Notes under the pieces: generated by a model | What the model was told of the DNA's origin: nothing | Databases searched by the model: none | The model's input: only the letters and a program-made list of their open reading frames with translations | Shown: piece after piece, positions 24,790 to 32,000 of the stretch | Layout of the letters: each line of letters starts with the position of its first letter | How positions within the stretch are numbered: position 1 is the stretch's first letter | DNA from: Aciduliprofundum boonei T469 | GTDB lineage: Archaea; Thermoplasmatota; Thermoplasmata; Thermoplasmatales; Aciduliprofundaceae | NCBI RefSeq assembly: GCF_000025665.1 | Contig: NC_013926.1 | Coordinates: 480,001-512,000, forward strand | Direction: 5' to 3' | DNA: 32,000 bases | Position numbers and translations under genes: made by a program

Positions 24790-25518
24790 TTATTCTCCCT
24801 CAATTCTTGGAGCTAAGAGATATTCTGCTTTACCCTTTCCGCCGGTTATTTCAAATTCGAGCTTAATGGGATAATCAGTGCCCATATATATCGTTATATA
24901 ATCTGCGGAATCCATTGCCTTCACGAGTTTTACTAGGTAATCCACTGGATACATGCTCTTTACTGGCTCCTCGCATGATAGTTCTTTAAGCATGTCACGG
25001 GGTATATTTAGACGAGCCTCATCCTCATCTCCTTGTGTGTACATTTCAAATTCTGTAGGCGTGATTCTGAGAGTAATATTATCAGATATACTCTCTGCCG
25101 CTTTAATCCCATGCTCAAATTCTTTGATAGGTATAACAACCTTTGCTGGAAGTACTAAGTTGGGTACCTTTGGCACGCTAAGAGCACTGGTATCAATTAA
25201 GGGCATACTTCTCGTTAGATTTCCTATTAGAAAAGTCAATTTATTTCCATCCTTTGAAATTTCCACGATATCTCCAGAGGAAGCTAGTTTAAGTATATCT
25301 CTTACTTTGTCCAAATCAACCCCGAGTTCTTCCTCCTCAGTCTCAAATTCAAGAAAAGCATCTCTGTCAACATTTATAACTATCATTGCCACATGCGCAG
25401 GGTCCACTGCCTTTACTCCAAGTCCATCGCCATTAACCTCAAATTTCGCCTCTGAAACCAGGGTTAAGAGAAGATTCGTAATTTCTTTTAAATCCTTTAT
25501 GTCCATCTTCAGTCGCAT
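24790..25518 (-). CDS. pcn: DNA polymerase sliding clamp (PCNA)
   Basis: LLTLVSEAKFEVNGDGLGVKAVDPAHVAMIVINV and a C-terminal YLLAPRIE are typical archaeal PCNA blocks. 242 aa. Confidence 0.92.
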   Translation of the reverse strand: MRLKMDIKDLKEITNLLLTLVSEAKFEVNGDGLGVKAVDPAHVAMIVINVDRDAFLEFETEEEELGVDLDKVRDILKLASSGDIVEISKDGNKLTFLIGNLTRSMPLIDTSALSVPKVPNLVLPAKVVIPIKEFEHGIKAAESISDNITLRITPTEFEMYTQGDEDEARLNIPRDMLKELSCEEPVKSMYPVDYLVKLVKAMDSADYITIYMGTDYPIKLEFEITGGKGKAEYLLAPRIEGE

Positions 25519-25570
25519 ATCAATCCCTGAGTATTGGTATTGTTTTTCACATTATAAATTTTTGGCTTAA

Positions 25571-25598
25571 CAAAAAAGGGAGAAATTATTTCTCTCCC
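25571..25598 (-). terminator. Hairpin plus T6 run at the end of mrp
   Basis: GGGAGA...TCTCCC forms a 6-bp stem (25578..25598) spanning the mrp stop codon. On the coding strand it is followed by TTTTTT (25572..25577). Archaeal RNAP is known to terminate at oligo-T tracts. Confidence 0.35.
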
Positions 25599-26431
25599 AG
25601 AACTTCAAGAAGTTTATCTACGGCATTTTCGAAGGCTTTAGCAGCCTCGGATTCTGGGTATTTCATCACAAAGGGCTCTCCAGTGTCCCCACATTTTACA
25701 ATGCGAGCGTCCATCGGTATGCTACCTATAAATGGCACATTGTACTTTTCAGCAGCTTTCTTTCCTCCTCCTTGACCGAAAATCTCACCAGCCATGTTTT
25801 CCACAATTCCAACAACCTTCTTTTGTAGTTGTCTGGCGAAATTTATGGCCTTTGTTGCATCTAAAAGGGCGACTTCTTGAGGAGTAGCGACTATGAGCAC
25901 ACCATCCATATCCGGAATCAATTGGGACACACTGAGGGATTCATCTCCAGTTCCTGGAGGCATATCAATTATGAGAAAATCAAGTTTCCCCCAGTCAACC
26001 TCGTCCAGAAGTTGCTGTATTGCCTTATGCTTTAATGGACCACGCCATATAATCGGAGAGTCATCTTGTGGTAGAGCCATCTGTAGAGAGATAGCTTTTA
26101 AATTTGGAACGGGCTCAACTGGAATAATCAGACCTTCAGGGCTCACAGTGAGTTTAGCATCCTGCACACCAAGCATCTTGGGTACATTTGGGCCGTGAAT
26201 ATCAGCATCCAGAAGCCCAACCTTATAACCCTTTAAAGCTAGAGTAACTGCGAGATTTACAGCCACGGTGGTCTTACCCACACCTCCTTTACCGCTTAGT
26301 ACCATAATTTTGTGCTTGATATTTTTCATCTTCTCTGCAATTCTCTTCTCTACCATTTTTGCCTCTAGTATTCTTTTCCTGGTCTCTTCACCTTTTTTCA
26401 AAGTTTCTTTATCAACTGGCATTTGAATCAC
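25586..26431 (-). CDS. Mrp/NBP35/ApbC-family P-loop ATPase (variant lacking the CxxC cluster-bridging motif)
   Basis: Deviant Walker A VLSGKGGVGKTTVAVNLA. Switch regions LDADIHGPN and IIDMPPGTGDE. IVENM is followed directly by AGEIFGQGGG, without the usual CPxCG insert. Confidence 0.85.
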   Translation of the reverse strand: MIQMPVDKETLKKGEETRKRILEAKMVEKRIAEKMKNIKHKIMVLSGKGGVGKTTVAVNLAVTLALKGYKVGLLDADIHGPNVPKMLGVQDAKLTVSPEGLIIPVEPVPNLKAISLQMALPQDDSPIIWRGPLKHKAIQQLLDEVDWGKLDFLIIDMPPGTGDESLSVSQLIPDMDGVLIVATPQEVALLDATKAINFARQLQKKVVGIVENMAGEIFGQGGGKKAAEKYNVPFIGSIPMDARIVKCGDTGEPFVMKYPESEAAKAFENAVDKLLEVLGEK

Positions 26432-26465
26432 CTTGCGGGAGCCATGAAATCCTCATATTTTATAA

Positions 26466-27179
26466 TTACTGGTCAGTTTTGTCCTCTATATACTTATTGT
26501 ACAGGTCCCCAAATAAAATCGGAGCTTTCTCGTAGGCTAATTTGAGCATCTCTTTAGCCATGGCCCTTATTTCCCACTGGGCACTTGGATCGCACCGGAG
26601 GGATATGAAATGTCTTAATTCCCTAGCATTCATTGTTATGATTATCTTCGTCTCTATTCCCTGGGGAAGAATGAATCTGGCATCTTCTTTTCTTATGCCT
26701 CCTTCTACCATTTTGCGATAAAGCTCTGCCGCTCTCTCTAAAATTTCCATAAATTCATCTTCAAATTCACTACCGTAAATTGCCTCTGGCACAATGAATT
26801 TTGGAGCTTTCAAATTTACATACCTTTGGCTCTGCTGTGTATAGCTTGCCAATCTATGTCTGACAAGCTGGTGAGAGCATACACGAGAGATTCCTTCAAC
26901 ACGGAAGGTGAAACAGGCATGCTCAAAAACACTTTCGTGCCCCAATCTTTTCAAGAGATTGACCAAATGCTCGACTCTTTTTTCATTTAATGTTCTGAAC
27001 TCTGGAGCGTGGGATATGGCAGCGCTCTCCGCTATCAGTTTATCTACATTCCCCTCCCTTGGCACCGAGTAGGCAATAAGTTCAACATTGAGGCATTGGG
27101 AACCCCCGCAAGTTTTCATGGCGAGTAATTGTGTTTTGGATTTAATTGTTTTCCTACGAGGGGTGAGTGGGAGTCCCAT
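26466..27179 (-). CDS. thyX: Flavin-dependent thymidylate synthase
   Basis: ThyX signature HQLVRHRLASYTQQSQRY, and a downstream block RELRHFISLRCDPSAQWEIR. ATG 27119 (MKTCGG...) is an alternative start. The 20-aa basic extension from ATG 27179 is unverified. Confidence 0.92.
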   Translation of the reverse strand: MGLPLTPRRKTIKSKTQLLAMKTCGGSQCLNVELIAYSVPREGNVDKLIAESAAISHAPEFRTLNEKRVEHLVNLLKRLGHESVFEHACFTFRVEGISRVCSHQLVRHRLASYTQQSQRYVNLKAPKFIVPEAIYGSEFEDEFMEILERAAELYRKMVEGGIRKEDARFILPQGIETKIIITMNARELRHFISLRCDPSAQWEIRAMAKEMLKLAYEKAPILFGDLYNKYIEDKTDQ

Positions 27180-27390
27180 AAAACATTAAAAAGGGAATAA
27201 AAATAGATGTTATAAGCAAGAACTTTAAGGATGAAAACCATTAGCGAGTTACTCAGGAAGAGACACCTACGGTTTCTTTCTCCACACTCTTCCATTTTTG
27301 AAGGTCTTGCTGAGGGACTTCTGCATATTTCTTTACCTCCTGAGGTCTATGCCCCCCATAAAGGAAAATTTAAATAATAAAATTGGATGA

Positions 27391-28218
27391 ATGAATGTGC
27401 ATGTGGAGGAAGAGAAGAAATTAATTGCTCTGCTTGTGGTTATCATTTTATCCTTAAGTTTGCTCTACATATATTCTTCAAATGTTAAGCCTGAGAAAGT
27501 AAATATTGGAGGCTTACCGAAGCACATTGGAGATTATGTGGAAGTTAAGGGCATAGTGAGCTATACTAGGAACATCACGAATGGTGTGTTGGTTTATATT
27601 TACGATGAAAATTTTGAGAATAAAACAACTCTATTTCTTCAATTTTCTGCAATTTTGCATCCCGGGGAGGTTGTGATTGCCAAGGGCCAGGTTGTCAATT
27701 ACCGAGGTTCAGTGGAAGTTGTAGCGCATGATGAGAAGGATTTGCAAATCATTGCTAAATATTTGGAATTGAATCTTAGAGAAGTTCTTGAAGAGCCAGA
27801 AAATTTTGTAGGTATGCATATTAAGCTACGGGGAAATTTGAGTGCTATGAGGATGAGCAATTATTTTGAATTTACAGATGGATTCAATCTAATAAAGGTT
27901 TATGTGAAGAATGGCTATTTTGGGGAGAGAAATGTTTATATCAAGGGATATTACGAAAATGGAGTTTTCCATGCGGAAAACATAAGTTTGGAATATAATG
28001 GTACATGCGTGGCTTTGAATGAGCTTGCGAATTATGAGGGCAAACCTGTGTGGATTCATGGTAGCATACTCTCTTATTTTTACTATGGATATCTTAAGGA
28101 TGGTGTTTACTCTTTAAAAATAGTGAGTGATAAAAAGCTATCATCAGGATACAAGGTTTTAGAGGGAGAGCTCATTTATAGCCCATACACTGCCCAATAC
28201 GAGTTAAGAGTGGAATAA
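27391..28218 (+). CDS. N-terminally anchored extracytoplasmic protein with three OB-fold-like repeats
   Basis: Signal anchor LIALLVVIILSLSLLYIY. Three beta-rich units each open with an OB beta1-like pattern (GDYVEVKGIVSY, GMHIKLRGNLSA, GKPVWIHGSILS). Five N-x-S/T sequons (NIT, NKT, NLS, NIS, NGT) are consistent with a glycosylated surface protein. The fold call is by eye. Confidence 0.5.
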   Translation: MNVHVEEEKKLIALLVVIILSLSLLYIYSSNVKPEKVNIGGLPKHIGDYVEVKGIVSYTRNITNGVLVYIYDENFENKTTLFLQFSAILHPGEVVIAKGQVVNYRGSVEVVAHDEKDLQIIAKYLELNLREVLEEPENFVGMHIKLRGNLSAMRMSNYFEFTDGFNLIKVYVKNGYFGERNVYIKGYYENGVFHAENISLEYNGTCVALNELANYEGKPVWIHGSILSYFYYGYLKDGVYSLKIVSDKKLSSGYKVLEGELIYSPYTAQYELRVE

Positions 28219-28249
28219 AGTTAAATAAATTGGCTTTATTCTCTCCTCT

Positions 28250-28861
28250 ATGAATACCCGTGCAATTCTCGTTACAGCGGTTATACTTGCCTTCATTGCA
28301 GGTTTTATGTCCGCGGAGTTGATTGTTCAGCATGGTAATACTGGAAATAAGTACACAGTGGTGGAAGCATCAAATATTAAAGTCATTCCCATTGAAGATA
28401 GGGAGTACTATCCAGTGGTAATTGAGAAGATAAACAACGCCAATGTGAGTATTCATATAGTTATGTTCGAGATGAAATGGTACGGAAATCCAGATAAGGA
28501 CACTCACAAAGTATCGGCGCTTGGCAGAGCTTTAGTGGCTGCCGAGAAAAGGGGTGTAGATGTAAAGATAATCCTGGATGATGGAAAGGGCTATGGATTT
28601 GAAAATCCTCAAATGGTTGAATGGGCTCAAAATTGGAAAGCATATTTTGAGAGCCATCATATTCAGGTAAAATTCGACTGGAGTAATCAAACTACTCATG
28701 ATAAGTTGGTGATTATAGACCATAAAATAGTGATTGTTGGCTCTACCAATTGGAGCACCAGCGCTTTAGATTACAATCATGAGGCAGATGCAATAATAGA
28801 GAGCAAAGAAGTGGCACAACAGTACGAGAATTACTTTAACTCCCTATGGAATGTCTATTGA
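28250..28861 (+). CDS. Membrane-anchored single-HKD phospholipase D superfamily protein (Nuc-like endonuclease candidate)
   Basis: N-terminal anchor AILVTAVILAFIAGFMSA. Complete HxK(x4)D(x6)GSxN motif in THDKLVIIDHKIVIVGSTNWS. The size and single HKD copy resemble the Nuc class, which acts as a dimer. Sequons NVS, NQT and NWS are present. Confidence 0.8.
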   Translation: MNTRAILVTAVILAFIAGFMSAELIVQHGNTGNKYTVVEASNIKVIPIEDREYYPVVIEKINNANVSIHIVMFEMKWYGNPDKDTHKVSALGRALVAAEKRGVDVKIILDDGKGYGFENPQMVEWAQNWKAYFESHHIQVKFDWSNQTTHDKLVIIDHKIVIVGSTNWSTSALDYNHEADAIIESKEVAQQYENYFNSLWNVY

Positions 28862-30343
28862 TTACTCCAATACAATTCTTATCTTTCCAACAGCATCAAT
28901 ATTTTTGAGTGAAAAAGAAACGATCCCTGAGAATGCGGATAAATCTATTACATTCTTTCCTGGTAGAATTGGAAAGCTATCAGAGTGGGAGTAGGTTAAG
29001 GGTAAAGAGAGATCGTACTCATAAATGGTGAGTTTGTTACTCTTAGATGCGTAAATTATTAATTTTGGATTTCTGTAGCCATCCAGAGGAACTCCCCCAA
29101 AGTTGTAGTGCTCTGTTTTTTGCATTACCAGGGATATCAAAGCAAGGGGCATGGTGATACTCACAGGAGGTGGAGGGTTTTGCAAAGCATTTATATTTAA
29201 AATGCTGAAACCTCTATGACCAGTATCGTATGGCACGGCGTCTCCAGCGCCTAAGTTTGGAGAGGTACTTGTGCCGATGACTATTTTATCTCCAACGATC
29301 TCCATTGAAGTTATTCTTGCACCGAAAGCACCAACTATCTTCGCCATGGGTGGAGCTATGTATATTAAAAGAGTCGGAGCAACAATGGCATTTGTCAAGG
29401 TGTATTTTACTTTATCTTCCAAAGTTTTGACGCTATACAAAGCATCATGGTGTGCATTGTAAGCAATGAGCACACCTCCGTTTATGTACAATGTATTGGA
29501 GCGCATTGGAGATTGAAATGTAAAGAAATCAAACAGTCTGGCTGCCCGGAAGTTCTCTCCACTAAGGGGGTTTCCTATCAGTATCCCTCCTCTGGTAAAT
29601 ACAAAGAACCTATTGTAAATGCTTGCAACATCCCCTACAGAATTAACGAGTATATCTTCTCCGTCCATAGAGATTATGTTATTCACAGGAAACTCGGTCC
29701 ATTTCTTCTCAATCAAATCAAAGCACATAACTTTTTGAATGCCTTTGCTAAAGCTATCGCCAGAGGTGAAAAAAGCAGAGTCATGTAGAATATCTCCTTT
29801 TAATGAGGGAGAATCAGTTAATTTTTTCTCATCTCCAGTGTCTCTATCAATAGCATAAACACCCAAATGCTCATCTCCATCCTGTCTTGCTATGAGCAAC
29901 CTATCTTCATAGGGATCATAAATTATATCACTAACTTCTCCAGCCCATTTTGTGCTATGATGAATGGAATCTTTCCAAAGAAGCCTGAGAGAATCATCTT
30001 CTATGTTGTACTCGTGTACATGGGAGTACTTGTTTTTAAAGCTAATTTTACCACCTTTGTAAATTGCCGGTGCGTGGACCCAGCCACCAAAATAAAGAAA
30101 ATCATCTACTGCTTCAACAGCATTATATGTATCTCCTCCTGAGGCAGGAGCTTTTCCAAGCATCCTGAAATTGTAAAGCTGCTCATCATAATCTTTTATA
30201 AAATGAGCCTCTGCATCAAATGCAACCGTATAGTATAGCATCTTTTTGTAGTACTTTAATCCGAATATCCCCCCACTCCCCCACTCTGGCCCGTATCTGG
30301 GCGGATATGAGTGCAGGTGTGATATTATTTTATCAACACTCAT
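28862..30343 (-). CDS. Hypothetical beta-rich (propeller-like) protein, 493 aa
   Basis: Long ORF with good coding character. It has repeated beta-strand/turn patterns (YFGGWVHAP, LLIARQDGDEHLGVYAIDRDTGD, FVFTRGGILIGNP, LYINGGVLIAYN). There is no signal peptide, TM helix or catalytic motif I recognise. It starts 8 nt downstream of the C69 peptidase gene. Confidence 0.6.
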   Translation of the reverse strand: MSVDKIISHLHSYPPRYGPEWGSGGIFGLKYYKKMLYYTVAFDAEAHFIKDYDEQLYNFRMLGKAPASGGDTYNAVEAVDDFLYFGGWVHAPAIYKGGKISFKNKYSHVHEYNIEDDSLRLLWKDSIHHSTKWAGEVSDIIYDPYEDRLLIARQDGDEHLGVYAIDRDTGDEKKLTDSPSLKGDILHDSAFFTSGDSFSKGIQKVMCFDLIEKKWTEFPVNNIISMDGEDILVNSVGDVASIYNRFFVFTRGGILIGNPLSGENFRAARLFDFFTFQSPMRSNTLYINGGVLIAYNAHHDALYSVKTLEDKVKYTLTNAIVAPTLLIYIAPPMAKIVGAFGARITSMEIVGDKIVIGTSTSPNLGAGDAVPYDTGHRGFSILNINALQNPPPPVSITMPLALISLVMQKTEHYNFGGVPLDGYRNPKLIIYASKSNKLTIYEYDLSLPLTYSHSDSFPILPGKNVIDLSAFSGIVSFSLKNIDAVGKIRIVLE

Positions 30344-30351
30344 AGTATCCC

Positions 30352-31599
30352 TTAAATTGACATGCCAGCTTGCATATTAATCTTTTTCCAAATTCTTTTA
30401 TATCTTGGTGTAGAATTTTCCTCACCAACGAGTTTTGTCCATTTTTCAATGAATTTTATTTCTAGATCAAAAGACTCTTTTGTAATTTTTCCGTCCTTAA
30501 TTTTTGCCAGAGCAAGTATTTTATTTTGAATTTTGTCTCTCTCTTTCTTAAATTCTTCTATGTATTTTGAGTAGTTCATCTGAAGTTTTCTGTGTAAAAA
30601 CTCACCCTTCCACCAAAAATTCTTGCCATATTTATTCGTTGGATTTTCATCTTTAAGCCAAAAAGGAGATACAAAAAAGAATGGTTTGAATATGCTAAGA
30701 CATGGAATTGATTCTCCTGTGAACCAATGTGTGTTAGATTTTAAATCAGAAATTTGAGAATTAGCGGTTTGTGATGGTGTGAGGTTTCCTCCGTAATGCA
30801 TACATACGCTTTTCATAGAAGAACGCAAAGGCTCAAAATTTCTGGTATGGTGACTTCTCAGTATTTTCATCATATAAGGAACATCAATTTCATTCTCACC
30901 TCTTTCTAGCATTTTATAAGTGAAGGCTCTTCTTTCTCTCCCATGCGCAAAATGAGTGTAGAATTTATCAGAAAAGTATTTTGCAAAGTTAAAATTGTTC
31001 CTTTTTGAGAGAGTCACTATAGAATCAGAAGCAAAATCCCAATCATCGCTTAATGTGAGAGCATTAGATATGCTGTAAAAATTCTCAATTTTCTTTGCAG
31101 CCCAATGCTTACCTGCAGTTTCTAGCACATATGCATCTTTTGGGTCTGCTATTATAAAAGAGTTGTGATAGAGAAATGTGTGCTTGTAACTTCCACTGCC
31201 TCCTTGCCCGTAGTTCTCTATAATTTCAATTATGAAATTTAATGCATCTTTAGCATATCTCTTTCTTTCAAGAGCTAATCTAATCATATCCATTCCGAGT
31301 ATTCCTTTTTTCTCTTTTTTCTGATTTGTAAAAACAGCTGTATTTCCTATGGCTAATCCAAATTCGTTGGTACCCATTTCTGCACCCCACATCCACCAAG
31401 GTCTAGAAAGTACAACAGCATAAGTTTCTTTTACTTGTGGAAAGTTTGTATAAGTCATTTTTACGTAGTTTTCCTCATGCTTCTTCCTCGGGATATACTC
31501 AATTTTTTGAGCTTCGTTTGGTTCCCTATCGCTATTTTTTGCAAAGAGCATATTTCCATTTTTTGTGAATTTTGGAGTTGCAACTAAAATATCGCACAT
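30352..31599 (-). CDS. Peptidase family C69 / secernin-like Ntn-hydrolase (N-terminal Cys nucleophile)
   Basis: It starts MCDILVA...GNMLFAKNSDREPNEAQ, which is Cys2 directly after the initiator Met plus the KNSDR-x-PNE block typical of C69 dipeptidases and secernins as I recall them. 415 aa. Confidence 0.7.
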   Translation of the reverse strand: MCDILVATPKFTKNGNMLFAKNSDREPNEAQKIEYIPRKKHEENYVKMTYTNFPQVKETYAVVLSRPWWMWGAEMGTNEFGLAIGNTAVFTNQKKEKKGILGMDMIRLALERKRYAKDALNFIIEIIENYGQGGSGSYKHTFLYHNSFIIADPKDAYVLETAGKHWAAKKIENFYSISNALTLSDDWDFASDSIVTLSKRNNFNFAKYFSDKFYTHFAHGRERRAFTYKMLERGENEIDVPYMMKILRSHHTRNFEPLRSSMKSVCMHYGGNLTPSQTANSQISDLKSNTHWFTGESIPCLSIFKPFFFVSPFWLKDENPTNKYGKNFWWKGEFLHRKLQMNYSKYIEEFKKERDKIQNKILALAKIKDGKITKESFDLEIKFIEKWTKLVGEENSTPRYKRIWKKINMQAGMSI

Positions 31600-31673
31600 T
31601 GAAGAATATATGGCACTAGAGTTTTTATTTTTTGCCTTGCCAAATTAATTTATACTTCTTACGATTGTTATTT

Positions 31674-32000
31674 ATGACTCTTGGGATTGATGTTGGGGGC
31701 ACAAAAATTCTTGCAGCAAGAATTGAGAAAGGGAAAATTTGGGAGAAGTGGAAATTTAAAACAAAGAATGATGAAGTGATAAAAATTATTGAGGAAATAA
31801 TTGAGAGGTCGGCAGAAAGAGTCGTGGGAATTGGCGTACCTTGCTACTTGAGGAATGGGGTATGCATTAATGCACCGAATATATCGGAATTTAATGGAAA
31901 GGATTTGAGACATTATTTTAAAAGAACCATAATCATGAACGATTGCACCGCCATGGCTTACGGGGAGTATGTTCTTAGAAATGAAAAATACAATTCTCTT
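31674..32000 (+). CDS. ROK-family sugar kinase (glucokinase-like), N-terminal fragment running off the right edge
   Basis: Not in the ORF track because there is no stop in the window. ATG 31674 reads MTLGIDVGGTKILAARIE...VVGIGVPCYL...IIMNDCTAMAYGEY, giving the DxGGT phosphate-1 motif and the ROK NDxxAxAxGE block. A TATA-like aattaatttata lies about 24 nt upstream. Confidence 0.8.
   Translation, partial: MTLGIDVGGTKILAARIEKGKIWEKWKFKTKNDEVIKIIEEIIERSAERVVGIGVPCYLRNGVCINAPNISEFNGKDLRHYFKRTIIMNDCTAMAYGEYVLRNEKYNSL

Noticed and set aside
24953-25570. A 205-aa forward ORF rich in Ser.
   Set aside because: It is antisense to pcn. The Ser-rich, low-complexity translation is typical of a shadow ORF opposite a Glu/Asp/Leu-rich gene.
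31668-31913. An 81-aa reverse ORF.
   Set aside because: The forward frame from ATG 31674 encodes an unmistakable ROK kinase N-terminus (GIDVGGT...NDCTAMAYGE). The reverse ORF is its shadow.
1-32000. A search by eye for CRISPR arrays, tRNA, rRNA or C/D-box sRNA genes, IS elements, integrases and inteins.
   Set aside because: - I saw no regularly spaced direct repeats.
- All spacers over 100 bp are too AT-rich, or are occupied by small ORFs, to hold a thermophile tRNA.
- There are no transposase or integrase-like ORFs.
- nrdD, rfcL and pcn have intein-free lengths.
- Absence cannot be proven without tRNAscan, Infernal or similar tools.

Overview
The window is a compact, AT-rich, gene-dense stretch of an archaeal chromosome. 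Markers are the class I CCA-adding enzyme, NAC, RFC large subunit, PCNA, a short archaeal-type TIM and pyruvoyl arginine decarboxylase. I infer an anaerobic thermophilic euryarchaeon from class III RNR (nrdDG), thyX and a branched-polyamine operon.

Gene order:
- Left edge to about 5.8 kb: membrane protein fragment, a double wHTH regulator, a class I disulfide oxidoreductase and an 1181-aa PAS/GAF histidine kinase.
- 5.9-11.4 kb: speH-bpsA-pdaD, a DEAD-box helicase, two small ORFs and an NfeD-SPFH operon.
- 11.5-16.3 kb: a small SD-led ORF, rfcL, tpiA, a membrane protein, cca and nac.
- 16.4-24.8 kb: nrdD-nrdG, a standalone PD-(D/E)xK protein, a DHA2 MFS transporter, a TM-wHTH-HEPN-like protein, a 122-aa pore-only K+ channel and two GT2 glycosyltransferases.
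- 24.8-32.0 kb: pcna, mrp, thyX, an anchored triple OB-fold protein with an anchored single-HKD PLD nuclease, a beta-rich 493-aa protein with a C69 Ntn peptidase, and the start of a ROK kinase.

I found no rRNA, tRNA, CRISPR array, transposase or integrase.

The most interesting candidates are:
- the membrane-anchored wHTH-HEPN(Rx4H) protein and the nearby orphan PD-(D/E)xK protein, a possible small defence islet;
- the OB-fold/HKD-nuclease surface pair;
- cca, whose conserved N-terminus has no canonical start codon and sits in an ATAA stop/start overlap with nac;
- a mycothione-reductase-like enzyme in an archaeon.

All functional calls rest on motifs read by eye from the translations. No database search was run.
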